Assembly: GCA_038824035.1 (NCBI GenBank)
Contig: JAWBBW010000004.1
Coordinates: 1 to 64,000 of the forward strand
Direction of reading: 5' to 3'
DNA from: Desulfurococcaceae archaeon
GTDB lineage: Archaea; Thermoproteota; Thermoprotei_A; Sulfolobales; Desulfurococcaceae
Length of the DNA stretch: 64,000 nt
The position numbers were made by a program, and so were the translations under genes. The first letter of the stretch is position 1. Every line of letters starts with the position of its first letter. The notes below the pieces were generated by a model, which had not been told where the DNA came from, did not search any database, and saw nothing but the letters and a program-made list of their open reading frames with translations. Shown one piece after another: positions 49,894 to 59,221 of the stretch.

Positions 49894-50913
49894 CTATCCC
49901 CTTAAGTGTTTTCTCAAAAAACCCATTGTGATCTTGGGTGGTTTCTCCGAGATCAATCCTCTGGGTTTTTTCACCAATATAGCTATCATGATACAACCTA
50001 TGAAGATGGGCCTCAAGTAATCAGCACTGAATAACACACCTCCAATAACCGGTGTCGCATATTGTAACAACCTGTCCACCAGTGATAATAAAGCAGCCCC
50101 GAGCATAGCTCCCATAGGGCTTGACCAGCCGCCAATAATGATCATAGCCCATACATTGAATGTTACAAGCACAACGAACATCTGGGGATTCACAGATCCT
50201 ATGTAACATGCATAGAGAGCGCCAGCTACCCCTGATAAACCGGATGTTAGGAAAAACACACTCGATTTAATACGCGGGACATCTTTGCCGAGGAAAAGTG
50301 CCGCAACATCGTCATCTCTAATAGCTCGAAGAACCCTGCCCAGAGGTGATTCATAGATCCTGGATACCAATATATATGTTAATAAAAATATGGAGAAGGT
50401 CACGGCTAAATAGCAAAGAGCGCTTAACACGGGGTTTCTAAGCCATGTGAATGGTTGAGGTATGCCGAACATGCCATAGGTTCCACCTAGAAAAGGCATA
50501 TTCATGTAAATGGCCCTGAGGATCTCTCCAACGCTGAGCAATGTGAACCCTACAAAACCCACTCCAACTCTTATCACCGGGTATATCAATAACCTTCCAA
50601 ATAGACCTGTAATCACAAATGATATGGTCAATGACATGAAGAAAATCGTCATTACAATAATTGGCTCGGAAGCGGCGATCTTAGAGAGCACTGTAACACC
50701 CTGAGCCGTGAATGGAGTATATGTGTTTATATCGTAACCTAGTAGTGCGAGTAATATGTAAGTGTTTACAACTGCACCGATATATGCCCCCAGGCCAAAA
50801 AATGCTACTTTGCCAAAATTCGTTATACCACTGATGCCGGATTCCAACACAAGCGTGATCGCCAGTATTGCGTAGATCGCGAAATACGTGAGCCAATGTA
50901 TTGCAAAGTTCAA
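49894..50913 (-). CDS. livM: Liv-type ABC permease (LivM-like)
   Basis: G..NFG..AFFGLGAY, SPLGRVLRAIRDD, AGALYA, IIGG, KPRGL. Confidence 0.92.
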   Translation of the reverse strand: MNFAIHWLTYFAIYAILAITLVLESGISGITNFGKVAFFGLGAYIGAVVNTYILLALLGYDINTYTPFTAQGVTVLSKIAASEPIIVMTIFFMSLTISFVITGLFGRLLIYPVIRVGVGFVGFTLLSVGEILRAIYMNMPFLGGTYGMFGIPQPFTWLRNPVLSALCYLAVTFSIFLLTYILVSRIYESPLGRVLRAIRDDDVAALFLGKDVPRIKSSVFFLTSGLSGVAGALYACYIGSVNPQMFVVLVTFNVWAMIIIGGWSSPMGAMLGAALLSLVDRLLQYATPVIGGVLFSADYLRPIFIGCIMIAILVKKPRGLISEKPPKITMGFLRKHLRG

Positions 50914-50921
50914 TATGTCTA

Positions 50922-51902
50922 TCAGGGCTTAGCCACCTCCCTGCTAATCCTTATTCTAAACCTATACGGTAATCCACCCCCTGCACCAAGTGGAGGTCTG
51001 ATAACCAGGATTGTGAACACAACTCCGAACACTATGGCGAGTCTTATGGTGGGTTGTAATCCGAGGTGATAACTCAAAAAGAGGAATACGATGTTCTCGG
51101 TTAAGGCAAGTGCAGCTGAGGCTAAAGCCGTTACTAGGAGCGAGGAAAGCCCTCCTATGAACGATGCGGCGAAATTTATTACCACAATGTGAAGGCCTAT
51201 TTCCGGTGTAGTGGAGCCGGAGAAATTAACCCATAAAATACCACTAAATGCCGTGATCCCGCCTGTTAGAAACCATGTCAATGCTATGAGCTTATCGCGA
51301 GGTATACCACAGAGAGTTGCGAGAATTTGGTTATCGGCTATGCCTCTCATAGCAAATCCTACCATGGTTTTATTTAGAAGAACATGTATAGATAGGATCA
51401 CCAGTAATCCCAATGCTGTCGAGGTTATGATGTATTGTGGCAGAGTGTTTAACCCTAATGCTCTCTGAATATATAAGATATCAACGTACTCCACAGTTGG
51501 ATAAGAAAGGAAACTTGCTCCGCGAAGTTTCATGAGTACTTGGCAAATAATGTAAAGCGCGTACTGATACACGAACCACGCGCCCATCGTGGCGATCATG
51601 TGTACGTTGGGGCTTGCACCTCGTTGATGCAGCGGCCTAATGATCAACAGATAGTTGATAACACCTATGAGACCACCAGCTATGAACGAGAACAATGCCG
51701 CGATGGAAAGAGGTGTGTTTTTATCTAAAAATTCGTTTAAAAATATGGCAATATATGCCCCATAGGTTATGAAAACGGGGTGTGCGAAATTAAATACCTT
51801 CGTAGTCCTATATGAAAGGGTTAAAGGAATACTGGACAGGATATATATCCATGAAAAAACATATGAACATATAAGTGCTCTAGCGATCTCCACGATCTCC
51901 AC
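50922..51902 (-). CDS. livH: Liv-type ABC permease (LivH-like)
   Basis: LTLSY....FNFAH, GAY, T..G..MRG.ADN..LA..CGI, FAA..IGG, IRP. Confidence 0.92.
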   Translation of the reverse strand: MEIVEIARALICSYVFSWIYILSSIPLTLSYRTTKVFNFAHPVFITYGAYIAIFLNEFLDKNTPLSIAALFSFIAGGLIGVINYLLIIRPLHQRGASPNVHMIATMGAWFVYQYALYIICQVLMKLRGASFLSYPTVEYVDILYIQRALGLNTLPQYIITSTALGLLVILSIHVLLNKTMVGFAMRGIADNQILATLCGIPRDKLIALTWFLTGGITAFSGILWVNFSGSTTPEIGLHIVVINFAASFIGGLSSLLVTALASAALALTENIVFLFLSYHLGLQPTIRLAIVFGVVFTILVIRPPLGAGGGLPYRFRIRISREVAKP

Positions 51903-51917
51903 CCCTTATCGACATTT

Positions 51918-53183
51918 TCACGACTCCATCACTATTGTTGAATCAGAGATATAGCCTATGTCAACGTATTGTGGCGTCCCATCCACCATAGTCAATGTCC
52001 ACAGCTTGAAAGCTGCTTGAACTCTGTCTCCATTTTCATCAAGCAACCCCCATCCACCTGGTCCGTAATAGGTTTTAGCCACCTGTACTATGGCTTCGCG
52101 TAATTCATCCGGGTCTGTTGATCCACCAGTTCTCAAGACAGCTAAACCCGCTATCATCACCGCATCATACACGTTTTCACTGCAATGCGTTGGCATACCG
52201 CCATAGTTTTTCAGCCTATCGACAAACTCGTCATATAATGGATTAACCAGGGGTGCAGGCCTTATGCCAATCATTTTCACTTGTTGTGCAAATTCAATGA
52301 TTTTTGGCACAAGGACCTCTGAAGCCCCGTAGAAACTCTCGACAACGAGCCATCTTGTAGCCCTTAGAACCGGCTCTTCTGCCGCATGGCTTAAAATATT
52401 CGCGCCGTCTGTTCCATAACCACAGTATAGTATTGCATCAGGTGTCGATGCCCTGGTGAATGAGGCTAATGTTGCCACGTCTGTTCCATAATCAGCTTGT
52501 CCAGGCGAATAGACGATCTCATGTATGACTCGTCCACCTCTTTTTTCAAAAGAATCCTTGAAGTATTTTGAGAAGACATTGCAGAACTCGTCATCTATGT
52601 GGAACGAGATAATACTCCTTATATTCTCCCTAATAGCCAACATAGCGAGAGCCTCGCTTTCTGCAATAGCGCTTGGTTGCGTCCTGAAAATGTAATCGCC
52701 TGGTATGGCTAATGTGGGCGAGTTGGAACAAGGGGCTATGACGATGAATTTGTTTGCATCCGAGAACGCCTTTAAGGCCTTGACTTGACTACTGAGCGGG
52801 GGCCCTATCATGATCCTGATACCAGCTGCGTGGAAGGTCTGGGCGTTTTTGAGGGCTTCCTCGGGGCTACCTTTATCATCCAATATATAAGGCTCAAACA
52901 CTAGGTTCAATCCCATGGACCTTGATATATTGTTTAAATCATCTATAGCCATCCTGACAACGGGTTCCCATTGAACACATATCGAGGATATTGGACCGGA
53001 TAACGCTATTGATACGCCTAGTACATATTTACGCTGAGCTGGCGTTATCGTAGCCTGGATCGCCGGGATGGTGCTCTGACCCATGTAATAGCCTATGGCA
53101 TATCCAACGACAACCCCGATCAACAGGGTTATAATTATGATCATGATTAGTCTAGGATTCACGGACAACCGCATATACCTCAC
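51918..53183 (-). CDS. Liv-type (HAAT) ABC substrate-binding protein with an N-terminal membrane anchor
   Basis: N-terminal TM helix, LSG, DD...PE.A, IGP..S, FRT.PS, YDAV, D.NGDR. GTG start overlaps the upstream WOR stop (GTGA). Confidence 0.9.
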   Translation of the reverse strand: MRYMRLSVNPRLIMIIIITLLIGVVVGYAIGYYMGQSTIPAIQATITPAQRKYVLGVSIALSGPISSICVQWEPVVRMAIDDLNNISRSMGLNLVFEPYILDDKGSPEEALKNAQTFHAAGIRIMIGPPLSSQVKALKAFSDANKFIVIAPCSNSPTLAIPGDYIFRTQPSAIAESEALAMLAIRENIRSIISFHIDDEFCNVFSKYFKDSFEKRGGRVIHEIVYSPGQADYGTDVATLASFTRASTPDAILYCGYGTDGANILSHAAEEPVLRATRWLVVESFYGASEVLVPKIIEFAQQVKMIGIRPAPLVNPLYDEFVDRLKNYGGMPTHCSENVYDAVMIAGLAVLRTGGSTDPDELREAIVQVAKTYYGPGGWGLLDENGDRVQAAFKLWTLTMVDGTPQYVDIGYISDSTIVMES

Positions 53184-55126
53184 CTCGCCTCGTTGAAGGG
53201 ATTACCAGTGATCTCGAAAACTTGCATTGATTTATCACCGCTATATAGATCTTTGATGACGTTATAGAGCCCTAGTTTCTTCAGTTTCCCAATAGTTGGT
53301 AGACCCGTCTCCCCATCCCATTCACGTACCTCGTAATACTCCTTCAGCATTACTTCAAGTTCCACCACATGACCAGCTGAAGGTCCTTTTCTTAATGGTT
53401 CTCTGAGAAACCTGGATGGAAGTGTGTCATGGGCCTTGTTAAAGCCTTCCCTGGCATTATATGCTCTTTCGAGGTTAACTATCCTTTCCCCGATCTCCTC
53501 TACATTGGATGGGGAAAGCTCTAATCCCGTGACAGACTCTATTAATCTTGCAATTTTCTTGTAGTCAAGGATATTCATGTTCTCCGCGAGGTTTTTACAT
53601 ACACCAAGAGAATCCACGAGTGCACATATATTCTCATAATATGCCACCAACTTGCCCTTACCCTTAACGCCAAGTCTTAGCGTGGCTTCCGGTTCTCCAA
53701 ACATCTTGATCCCTAGCTCGACATTATCACTTAATTCTATAAATGGCTCTGATCTCAGATGATCAGCACCTCTCGAAGAAACCGCAAATCCTAATCCATA
53801 CCCCTTTAAACCCCTTGGATCAGCTTGTATCATCTCGAGTTTTTTAACGTGAAACGCCAATTCATGTCCTTTACCCAGTTTATCAGCTGCATTTACAACC
53901 CCGTCTGCTAATATATTGCCAAAGCCCCTCCTGTAGGCTATGTCCTCTATCAGCTTGAACACCGTGTCCATGTTTCCCCATTCTAGCTCGATGCCGCCTG
54001 TCTCATCTTTTGTCAATAACCCATTCGAATATAGCTCCATGGCCCACGATATCACCTCGCTTGTCGAGATAACATCGAGCCCGAGATCATTGATTAAATC
54101 AATGGCTTTCAATGCCCTGTCTAGATCGCTGTTTCCAATCCTCACAGTCATACCAGCCAATGCCTCGTATTCGGGCCCCTCACTTAGTAGCATATCATTC
54201 ACCTTTTTCACCACGAAAACCCTACTACATGGAACTATGCATGAGAAACAAGCCCTATTCTTGACGTTGTATTTCAATGCCAATTTCTCGCCACTGATTT
54301 CGAAAGCATATGGCACAACCGGCTCTGTGAAATGTTTACCCGGTAATATCCCAATTTTATTCGCTGCCATTAATATCCTCGAAGTACCCATGATCCTCCT
54401 AGGCCAATATTGATCGTGTGTATATACCTCAATTTCTATTTCCTCGACAATTTTCTCAAATAACTCTGGTTTCGCCACCTCCACATATCCATCACCTCTC
54501 ACGACAATGGCCTTGAGGCTTTTAGACGCCATTAATGTTCCTAGACCCGTCCTGGCCGCTGGCCTTATCCTATTGAAGAATATGCCAGAGAACTTGACCA
54601 TGTTCTCGGCCGCTGGACCTATTAACGCTATCTGGACACCTGGATCCCCTATTTCTCTTCTCAACGCGTCATACGCCTTTGATATGGGCATACCCCATAT
54701 GCCACTTGCATCCCTGATCTCGACTACGTTATTGCTTATGTACAGGTAAACTGGGCGAGGACTCCGTCCCTCCAAGATCACTTGATCAAAGCCGGCGTAC
54801 TTGAGTTCTGCAGCGAAATGCCCGCCCACATTGGAGTCCCCTAGTATTCCTGTCTGAGGGGACTTGGCCGTGACATTTAACCTTGACCCAAGTGGGAAAC
54901 CCGTCCCAGCAATGGGCCCCGTAGCGATCATCAGTTTATTCGCCAGTGACAGGGGATCTACGCCTGGGCCTACTTCGTGATATAGTTTAGCGACATTAAA
55001 TCCTCTTCCACCTAGGAACATCTTGGCAAATTCGCTGTCCACTCCCTCTTCTCTGATCTCCCCGCTCGTTAGATTTATTCTCAATATCTTACCAGCATAT
55101 CCAAATAACTTACTCGATCCCGACAT
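53180..55126 (-). CDS. Tungsten-dependent aldehyde:ferredoxin oxidoreductase (AOR family) large subunit
   Basis: FLGGRG, KSPQTG, SNVGG, LKYAGFD, IGPAAE, CFSCIVPC, EGPEYE, GLDVIS, RGADH, DSLGVC, YY..R.WD..TG.P. Confidence 0.95.
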   Translation of the reverse strand: MSGSSKLFGYAGKILRINLTSGEIREEGVDSEFAKMFLGGRGFNVAKLYHEVGPGVDPLSLANKLMIATGPIAGTGFPLGSRLNVTAKSPQTGILGDSNVGGHFAAELKYAGFDQVILEGRSPRPVYLYISNNVVEIRDASGIWGMPISKAYDALRREIGDPGVQIALIGPAAENMVKFSGIFFNRIRPAARTGLGTLMASKSLKAIVVRGDGYVEVAKPELFEKIVEEIEIEVYTHDQYWPRRIMGTSRILMAANKIGILPGKHFTEPVVPYAFEISGEKLALKYNVKNRACFSCIVPCSRVFVVKKVNDMLLSEGPEYEALAGMTVRIGNSDLDRALKAIDLINDLGLDVISTSEVISWAMELYSNGLLTKDETGGIELEWGNMDTVFKLIEDIAYRRGFGNILADGVVNAADKLGKGHELAFHVKKLEMIQADPRGLKGYGLGFAVSSRGADHLRSEPFIELSDNVELGIKMFGEPEATLRLGVKGKGKLVAYYENICALVDSLGVCKNLAENMNILDYKKIARLIESVTGLELSPSNVEEIGERIVNLERAYNAREGFNKAHDTLPSRFLREPLRKGPSAGHVVELEVMLKEYYEVREWDGETGLPTIGKLKKLGLYNVIKDLYSGDKSMQVFEITGNPFNEAR

Positions 55127-55640
55127 AAACCCCCCACCTAGCTAGGAGTTTTTCATACTCGTTTAATGCCCTGAGATATCTTTTCCCCAATCGCGCTGGG
55201 TCTTTCAAGGATATCTCGCCAAGCGGGTAAATCGAGAGAGCGTTTGTAGGGCATTTAGCTACACATACTGGGTTTCCACCGCATAAGTCGCATATTAAAG
55301 GAGTGTTGTCAAGTGGGTTTTGAAATATAGCTCCATAGGGACATGCAATGATGCAGGAACCACATTTAATGCATTTCTCCTTGTCTAGTTTAACATGGCC
55401 ATTGATATCCCTATACAACGCATCCGTTCCACATGCTGATAAACAAGGGGCGTCGAGGCAATGTCTACATACAACGGGGTGGTCCATCTCTATTAGATCA
55501 TCTTTTATAACCTTTATTCTCGACATCGATGTCGAGAAGACCTTTTCATGGGAGAAGGAACACCAAACCTCGCAATATCTACAACCAGAACACTTCGAGA
55601 GATCTACGATTATGTGTGTTACCATTGGCGCATATACCAC
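55110..55640 (-). CDS. Multi-[4Fe-4S] ferredoxin-like small subunit
   Basis: CSGCRYCEVWC, CRHC..APC...C, CIKCGSCIIACP, CDLC...PVCVAKCP. Overlaps the AOR start by 17 nt. Confidence 0.93.
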   Translation of the reverse strand: MVYAPMVTHIIVDLSKCSGCRYCEVWCSFSHEKVFSTSMSRIKVIKDDLIEMDHPVVCRHCLDAPCLSACGTDALYRDINGHVKLDKEKCIKCGSCIIACPYGAIFQNPLDNTPLICDLCGGNPVCVAKCPTNALSIYPLGEISLKDPARLGKRYLRALNEYEKLLARWGVYVGIE

Positions 55641-55722
55641 ACCTCAATACTTGGGTACATTTATGGGACTAGGTATATAAATTTTTCGCATAATCAAGAC
55701 ATGGTTAAATGCCCTCATATAG

Positions 55723-55745
55723 GGATTCAATCATAGGTTGAATCC
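55723..55745. promoter_or_regulatory. Inverted repeat GGATTCAA-N7-TTGAATCC, candidate operator
   Basis: Perfect 8-bp arms in the divergent intergenic region between the Fe-S/AOR/ABC operon and the MoaD-like gene. Confidence 0.35.
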
Positions 55746-55916
55746 TAGAATTGGCGAAAAACACATTAAATACGAGATAGGTTACAGAGTAATCATTGGC
55801 GAGCATGGATGCATCGATATAGAGACAACTCGGTAGTTATATCATGGTGATATTTAACCCTCACTAATTAACCCGTCAAGGTATTTAAGATGACAACTAC
55901 TCAGCGGTGAGCATAA

Positions 55917-56144
55917 TTGCACAGGATTTGTATAAGACTTGTGTGGAGTGATATAGCGGAGTGTTCCGATATCGATAATTGTGTTGAAACAAGAGATTTG
56001 ATTGAAAGGATATTTAGAAAACACGATATCAGGATCAATATGGAATCCATAGGCATAGCGATCAATGGTAGACCCGGGGAATTGAATGAAAAACTATGCA
56101 AAGATGCGCTAATCACTGTTTTCAGGGTTTTTAAAGGCGGTTGA
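55917..56144 (+). CDS. MoaD/ThiS-like ubiquitin-fold sulfur carrier
   Basis: 75 aa, IAING, C-terminal FRVFKGG di-glycine, GGTGAG RBS, next to tungsten enzyme genes. Confidence 0.75.
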   Translation: MHRICIRLVWSDIAECSDIDNCVETRDLIERIFRKHDIRINMESIGIAINGRPGELNEKLCKDALITVFRVFKGG

Positions 56145-57134
56145 TCTCAATTTCTCAATTCCCTTTCTCCTAATATTTACCAAGACATCGCTTGTAATAT
56201 CGCCTGGGCTATATCCCTGAGATGCTAAATCCATTTCGAGATCTAGCTCTGTGTATATGCCTAACTTGTTCAATATGTTATTGGCTTCGAATATCGACTT
56301 AGTTCTCTTGATCATCGAGGCTGGTTTCACCGTCTCCAGTACAATGTTTGATCTCAGTATAAAGGTCATCGTGCTGAATAAATTCACGTTGACCTGCCTC
56401 GAACCATTTCTTATTTCCCTTATACCTCTAAAGCCCCTGTAAGCCAGCAGGGATATGTATGACGCCTCACTCTTAACGAATCTCAGTATTTCCTCGAGGA
56501 AAACAGCATCTTCTTCACACATCAATTTAACCCCCACGAGGCCTCTCATAGCAGAGATCTCATCTATTCTCCTTAGAACGTATTCATGGCTCAATTCCCC
56601 ATCACTACCAGGGCTGTGTACAGCTATCAATCCACCCACCTCTGATACAGCCGCGAGGCCCATCCAATCAGCCAGTGGGCTCCACAGGTTTTCCTCAAAC
56701 CCCATTGCCACGATATCTCCACCAACATCGATCGCCATTGCCATGTCGACACCGTTTTCACTCATGATCTCCTTAATTGCCTTCACATAGCCCTCAACCC
56801 CATTGTACATGTCTACGATATATATCTCTCTGCCTAGAAACCTAGAGGCGTTGATGGCCTGGAAAAATAATTTTCTACCACCACGTATGGCGTAAGAACC
56901 CCCATTGATCACCACGTATCCTTCCCCACTCCTGACAACTCCGTATATTTCCTCTAGTCTTACAGGGCCAGGGACAGGGTCGTATACATACCTTTCCCAA
57001 GCTATTGAAGCCAACACTGTCTTTAATCCACGTTTCTCAAATGATCTCGCTATCATGGCAGCTGACGCTATATCGCCACCCCCACCAATAGCTATCACTA
57101 GAAGCCTATTCACTGTTTTATCTAAGCAGAGCAT
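56109..57134 (-). CDS. DUF1152-family protein
   Basis: IGGGGD, WER...DP.PGP, IDVGGD, E..L.SPLAD, G.DGEL, SEAS. Confidence 0.88.
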   Translation of the reverse strand: MLCLDKTVNRLLVIAIGGGGDIASAAMIARSFEKRGLKTVLASIAWERYVYDPVPGPVRLEEIYGVVRSGEGYVVINGGSYAIRGGRKLFFQAINASRFLGREIYIVDMYNGVEGYVKAIKEIMSENGVDMAMAIDVGGDIVAMGFEENLWSPLADWMGLAAVSEVGGLIAVHSPGSDGELSHEYVLRRIDEISAMRGLVGVKLMCEEDAVFLEEILRFVKSEASYISLLAYRGFRGIREIRNGSRQVNVNLFSTMTFILRSNIVLETVKPASMIKRTKSIFEANNILNKLGIYTELDLEMDLASQGYSPGDITSDVLVNIRRKGIEKLRSTAFKNPENSD

Positions 57135-57197
57135 TTCTCAATCACTAAGATTGCTTATAGGCTTTATTGACATAAAAACAATACAGAGTTGATGTAA

Positions 57198-58070
57198 ATG
57201 CATGCAATGAACCATGGGAGAAAAAAGGCTGGGCTAACCGAGGGAATGGTATCCATTATTGTGAATACTTGTCTTTTCGCGTTGAAGTACTATGCCGGGT
57301 ACGTGTCAAACTCCATAGCAGTGATATCAGAGGCGTTCCACACACTCTCAGATAGTATAACATCGATCGCGCTTATCATAGGCTTTAAAATAGCCTTCAA
57401 ACCACCTGATTCAGAACACCCGTTTGGACATCAGCGATTTGAGATAGTTACATCGGTCATAATAGGCACATTACTGGGTGTAGTGGGGTTCGAATTCATG
57501 ATTAGAAGCATCGATAAAATATTAAATAGGCAACCAGCCTCGTTCACGTTAATGGCAATCATCGCGATGTCTTTGTCCATGTTAGTCAAAGAGGTATTAG
57601 CTCGCTGGGCCATGAAATTGGCTAAAAGACATGGCTCTGAGAGCATAATGGCAGATGCATGGCATCATAGAAGCGATGCAATAGCATCAGGCCTTGTATT
57701 ATTGCCCGTAGTTTTCGGCGAAAAATACTGGTGGTTAGATGGGTTATTCGGATTAATAGTGTCATCTCTAATAGTCTACACGGCGTATGACATAATAAAC
57801 AAGTCCACTAGGAAAATACTGGGCAGAGCCCCATCCATGGAAGAGATCGAATCCTTGAAAAGGATCATCAACACTGTATCAGATAAGGCAGAGGACCTAC
57901 ATCATATCCATATACATGAATACGGAGACCACGTAGAGGTGACCCTGCATATCAGGTTACCAAGTGACATAAAGCTTCACGAAGCGCATGAAATAGCCTC
58001 CTTGGTTGAGAAAGCGATTAAAGAGAAACTTGGCTGGGAGGCAACAGTGCATACGGAGCCACGTGGTTGA
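57198..58070 (+). CDS. Cation diffusion facilitator (FieF-like)
   Basis: HTLSD, PPD.EHPFGHQRFE, WHHRSD, C-terminal dimerisation domain with EAHEI and VHTEP. Confidence 0.95.
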   Translation: MHAMNHGRKKAGLTEGMVSIIVNTCLFALKYYAGYVSNSIAVISEAFHTLSDSITSIALIIGFKIAFKPPDSEHPFGHQRFEIVTSVIIGTLLGVVGFEFMIRSIDKILNRQPASFTLMAIIAMSLSMLVKEVLARWAMKLAKRHGSESIMADAWHHRSDAIASGLVLLPVVFGEKYWWLDGLFGLIVSSLIVYTAYDIINKSTRKILGRAPSMEEIESLKRIINTVSDKAEDLHHIHIHEYGDHVEVTLHIRLPSDIKLHEAHEIASLVEKAIKEKLGWEATVHTEPRG

Positions 58071-58083
58071 GCCAGTGCCGTTG

Positions 58084-59016
58084 TCAATGTTTTCTCCTCC
58101 TATATTGATTCCTCGTGAAATCCGGTGTTAAAACGACATCTACATGGTATATGAGATCTGATTCCTCTCGTATCCTATTGATCAGCTTAGACCTCATACG
58201 ATAGGCATCCATGATCGACATTTTGGGATCTACTAGCACGTTGATAGCGACGACGTAAAAAGATCCATATTTCCTTACATCAATGTTCTTCACCTTTATA
58301 TCACCGAACGCGTTCATTACCCTATCCAGTATCCTGAGTTTCATGTCGATATCGATGTTTTTTCCAAGTATGGCTCTAAAAGCGTCTTCCAATATCTCAA
58401 ACGCGCTGTGGATAACGAAAAACGTTAAGATCATTGTAAACGCCACTTCCACGCCGAAATTACGCGTTGAACTGACAATTAATATACCACTGGTAGCTAT
58501 GATCGAGGCCACCATGTCTATCAATGCATGTGTCAAGTCTACCTTTAACAACTCTACTCTAAGCCTCATGTAATACCTTCTCTGAATTATGAACAATAGA
58601 CCAGTGATCATGCCTCCAAACGCCGTTACAAATGACAAGAGCGGGTCTACATCAATACTGATACCTGGGTTTTGTATGAAGTAATTGATGTAATCGACGA
58701 ATACATATCCATATATAACGCTTATGATCATCACGATCACGATCATCAGTGATGACTCCAATATTATAGCGCCAAATGGGAATCTCCTAGTAGACCTTGA
58801 TGCATACACTATCGAGATCAGTAGAAGCGCTTCTAGCCATGTATCCACGAACCAGTGTACTAGGTCTGTCAACAAGATCATGTTACGGGATACAAAGAAA
58901 ACAACGATACCCTCAACTACAGTACCAAGTATACTCAGTGTCAACGAGATCTTAAACGCCTTTACTGCTTCGCGCAGTCTTAGGCCGAGATCACCATGCC
59001 TAGGCATCGATATCAC
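58084..59016 (-). CDS. Divergent cation diffusion facilitator
   Basis: HWFVD and HALID (HxxxD) motifs, FPFG, TM bundle, C-terminal VRKYG domain. Confidence 0.8.
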   Translation of the reverse strand: MISMPRHGDLGLRLREAVKAFKISLTLSILGTVVEGIVVFFVSRNMILLTDLVHWFVDTWLEALLLISIVYASRSTRRFPFGAIILESSLMIVIVMIISVIYGYVFVDYINYFIQNPGISIDVDPLLSFVTAFGGMITGLLFIIQRRYYMRLRVELLKVDLTHALIDMVASIIATSGILIVSSTRNFGVEVAFTMILTFFVIHSAFEILEDAFRAILGKNIDIDMKLRILDRVMNAFGDIKVKNIDVRKYGSFYVVAINVLVDPKMSIMDAYRMRSKLINRIREESDLIYHVDVVLTPDFTRNQYRRRKH

Positions 59017-59221
59017 CGATTATTGATTTTAGGAAACATTTTCCATTTCAGGATCAATATATAAGATGAACTTATTGGAAAAGCCATAATAATATTATGA
59101 TTACGCGGTTATTTAAATTAACCAGATAATCGCTGAGATCGATTGAAATAATGGGTTCTTGGGCATAAAATATAAATCATTTTAAATCTCCATACATTAC
59201 TGTAAACACGGGTTATCAAAA

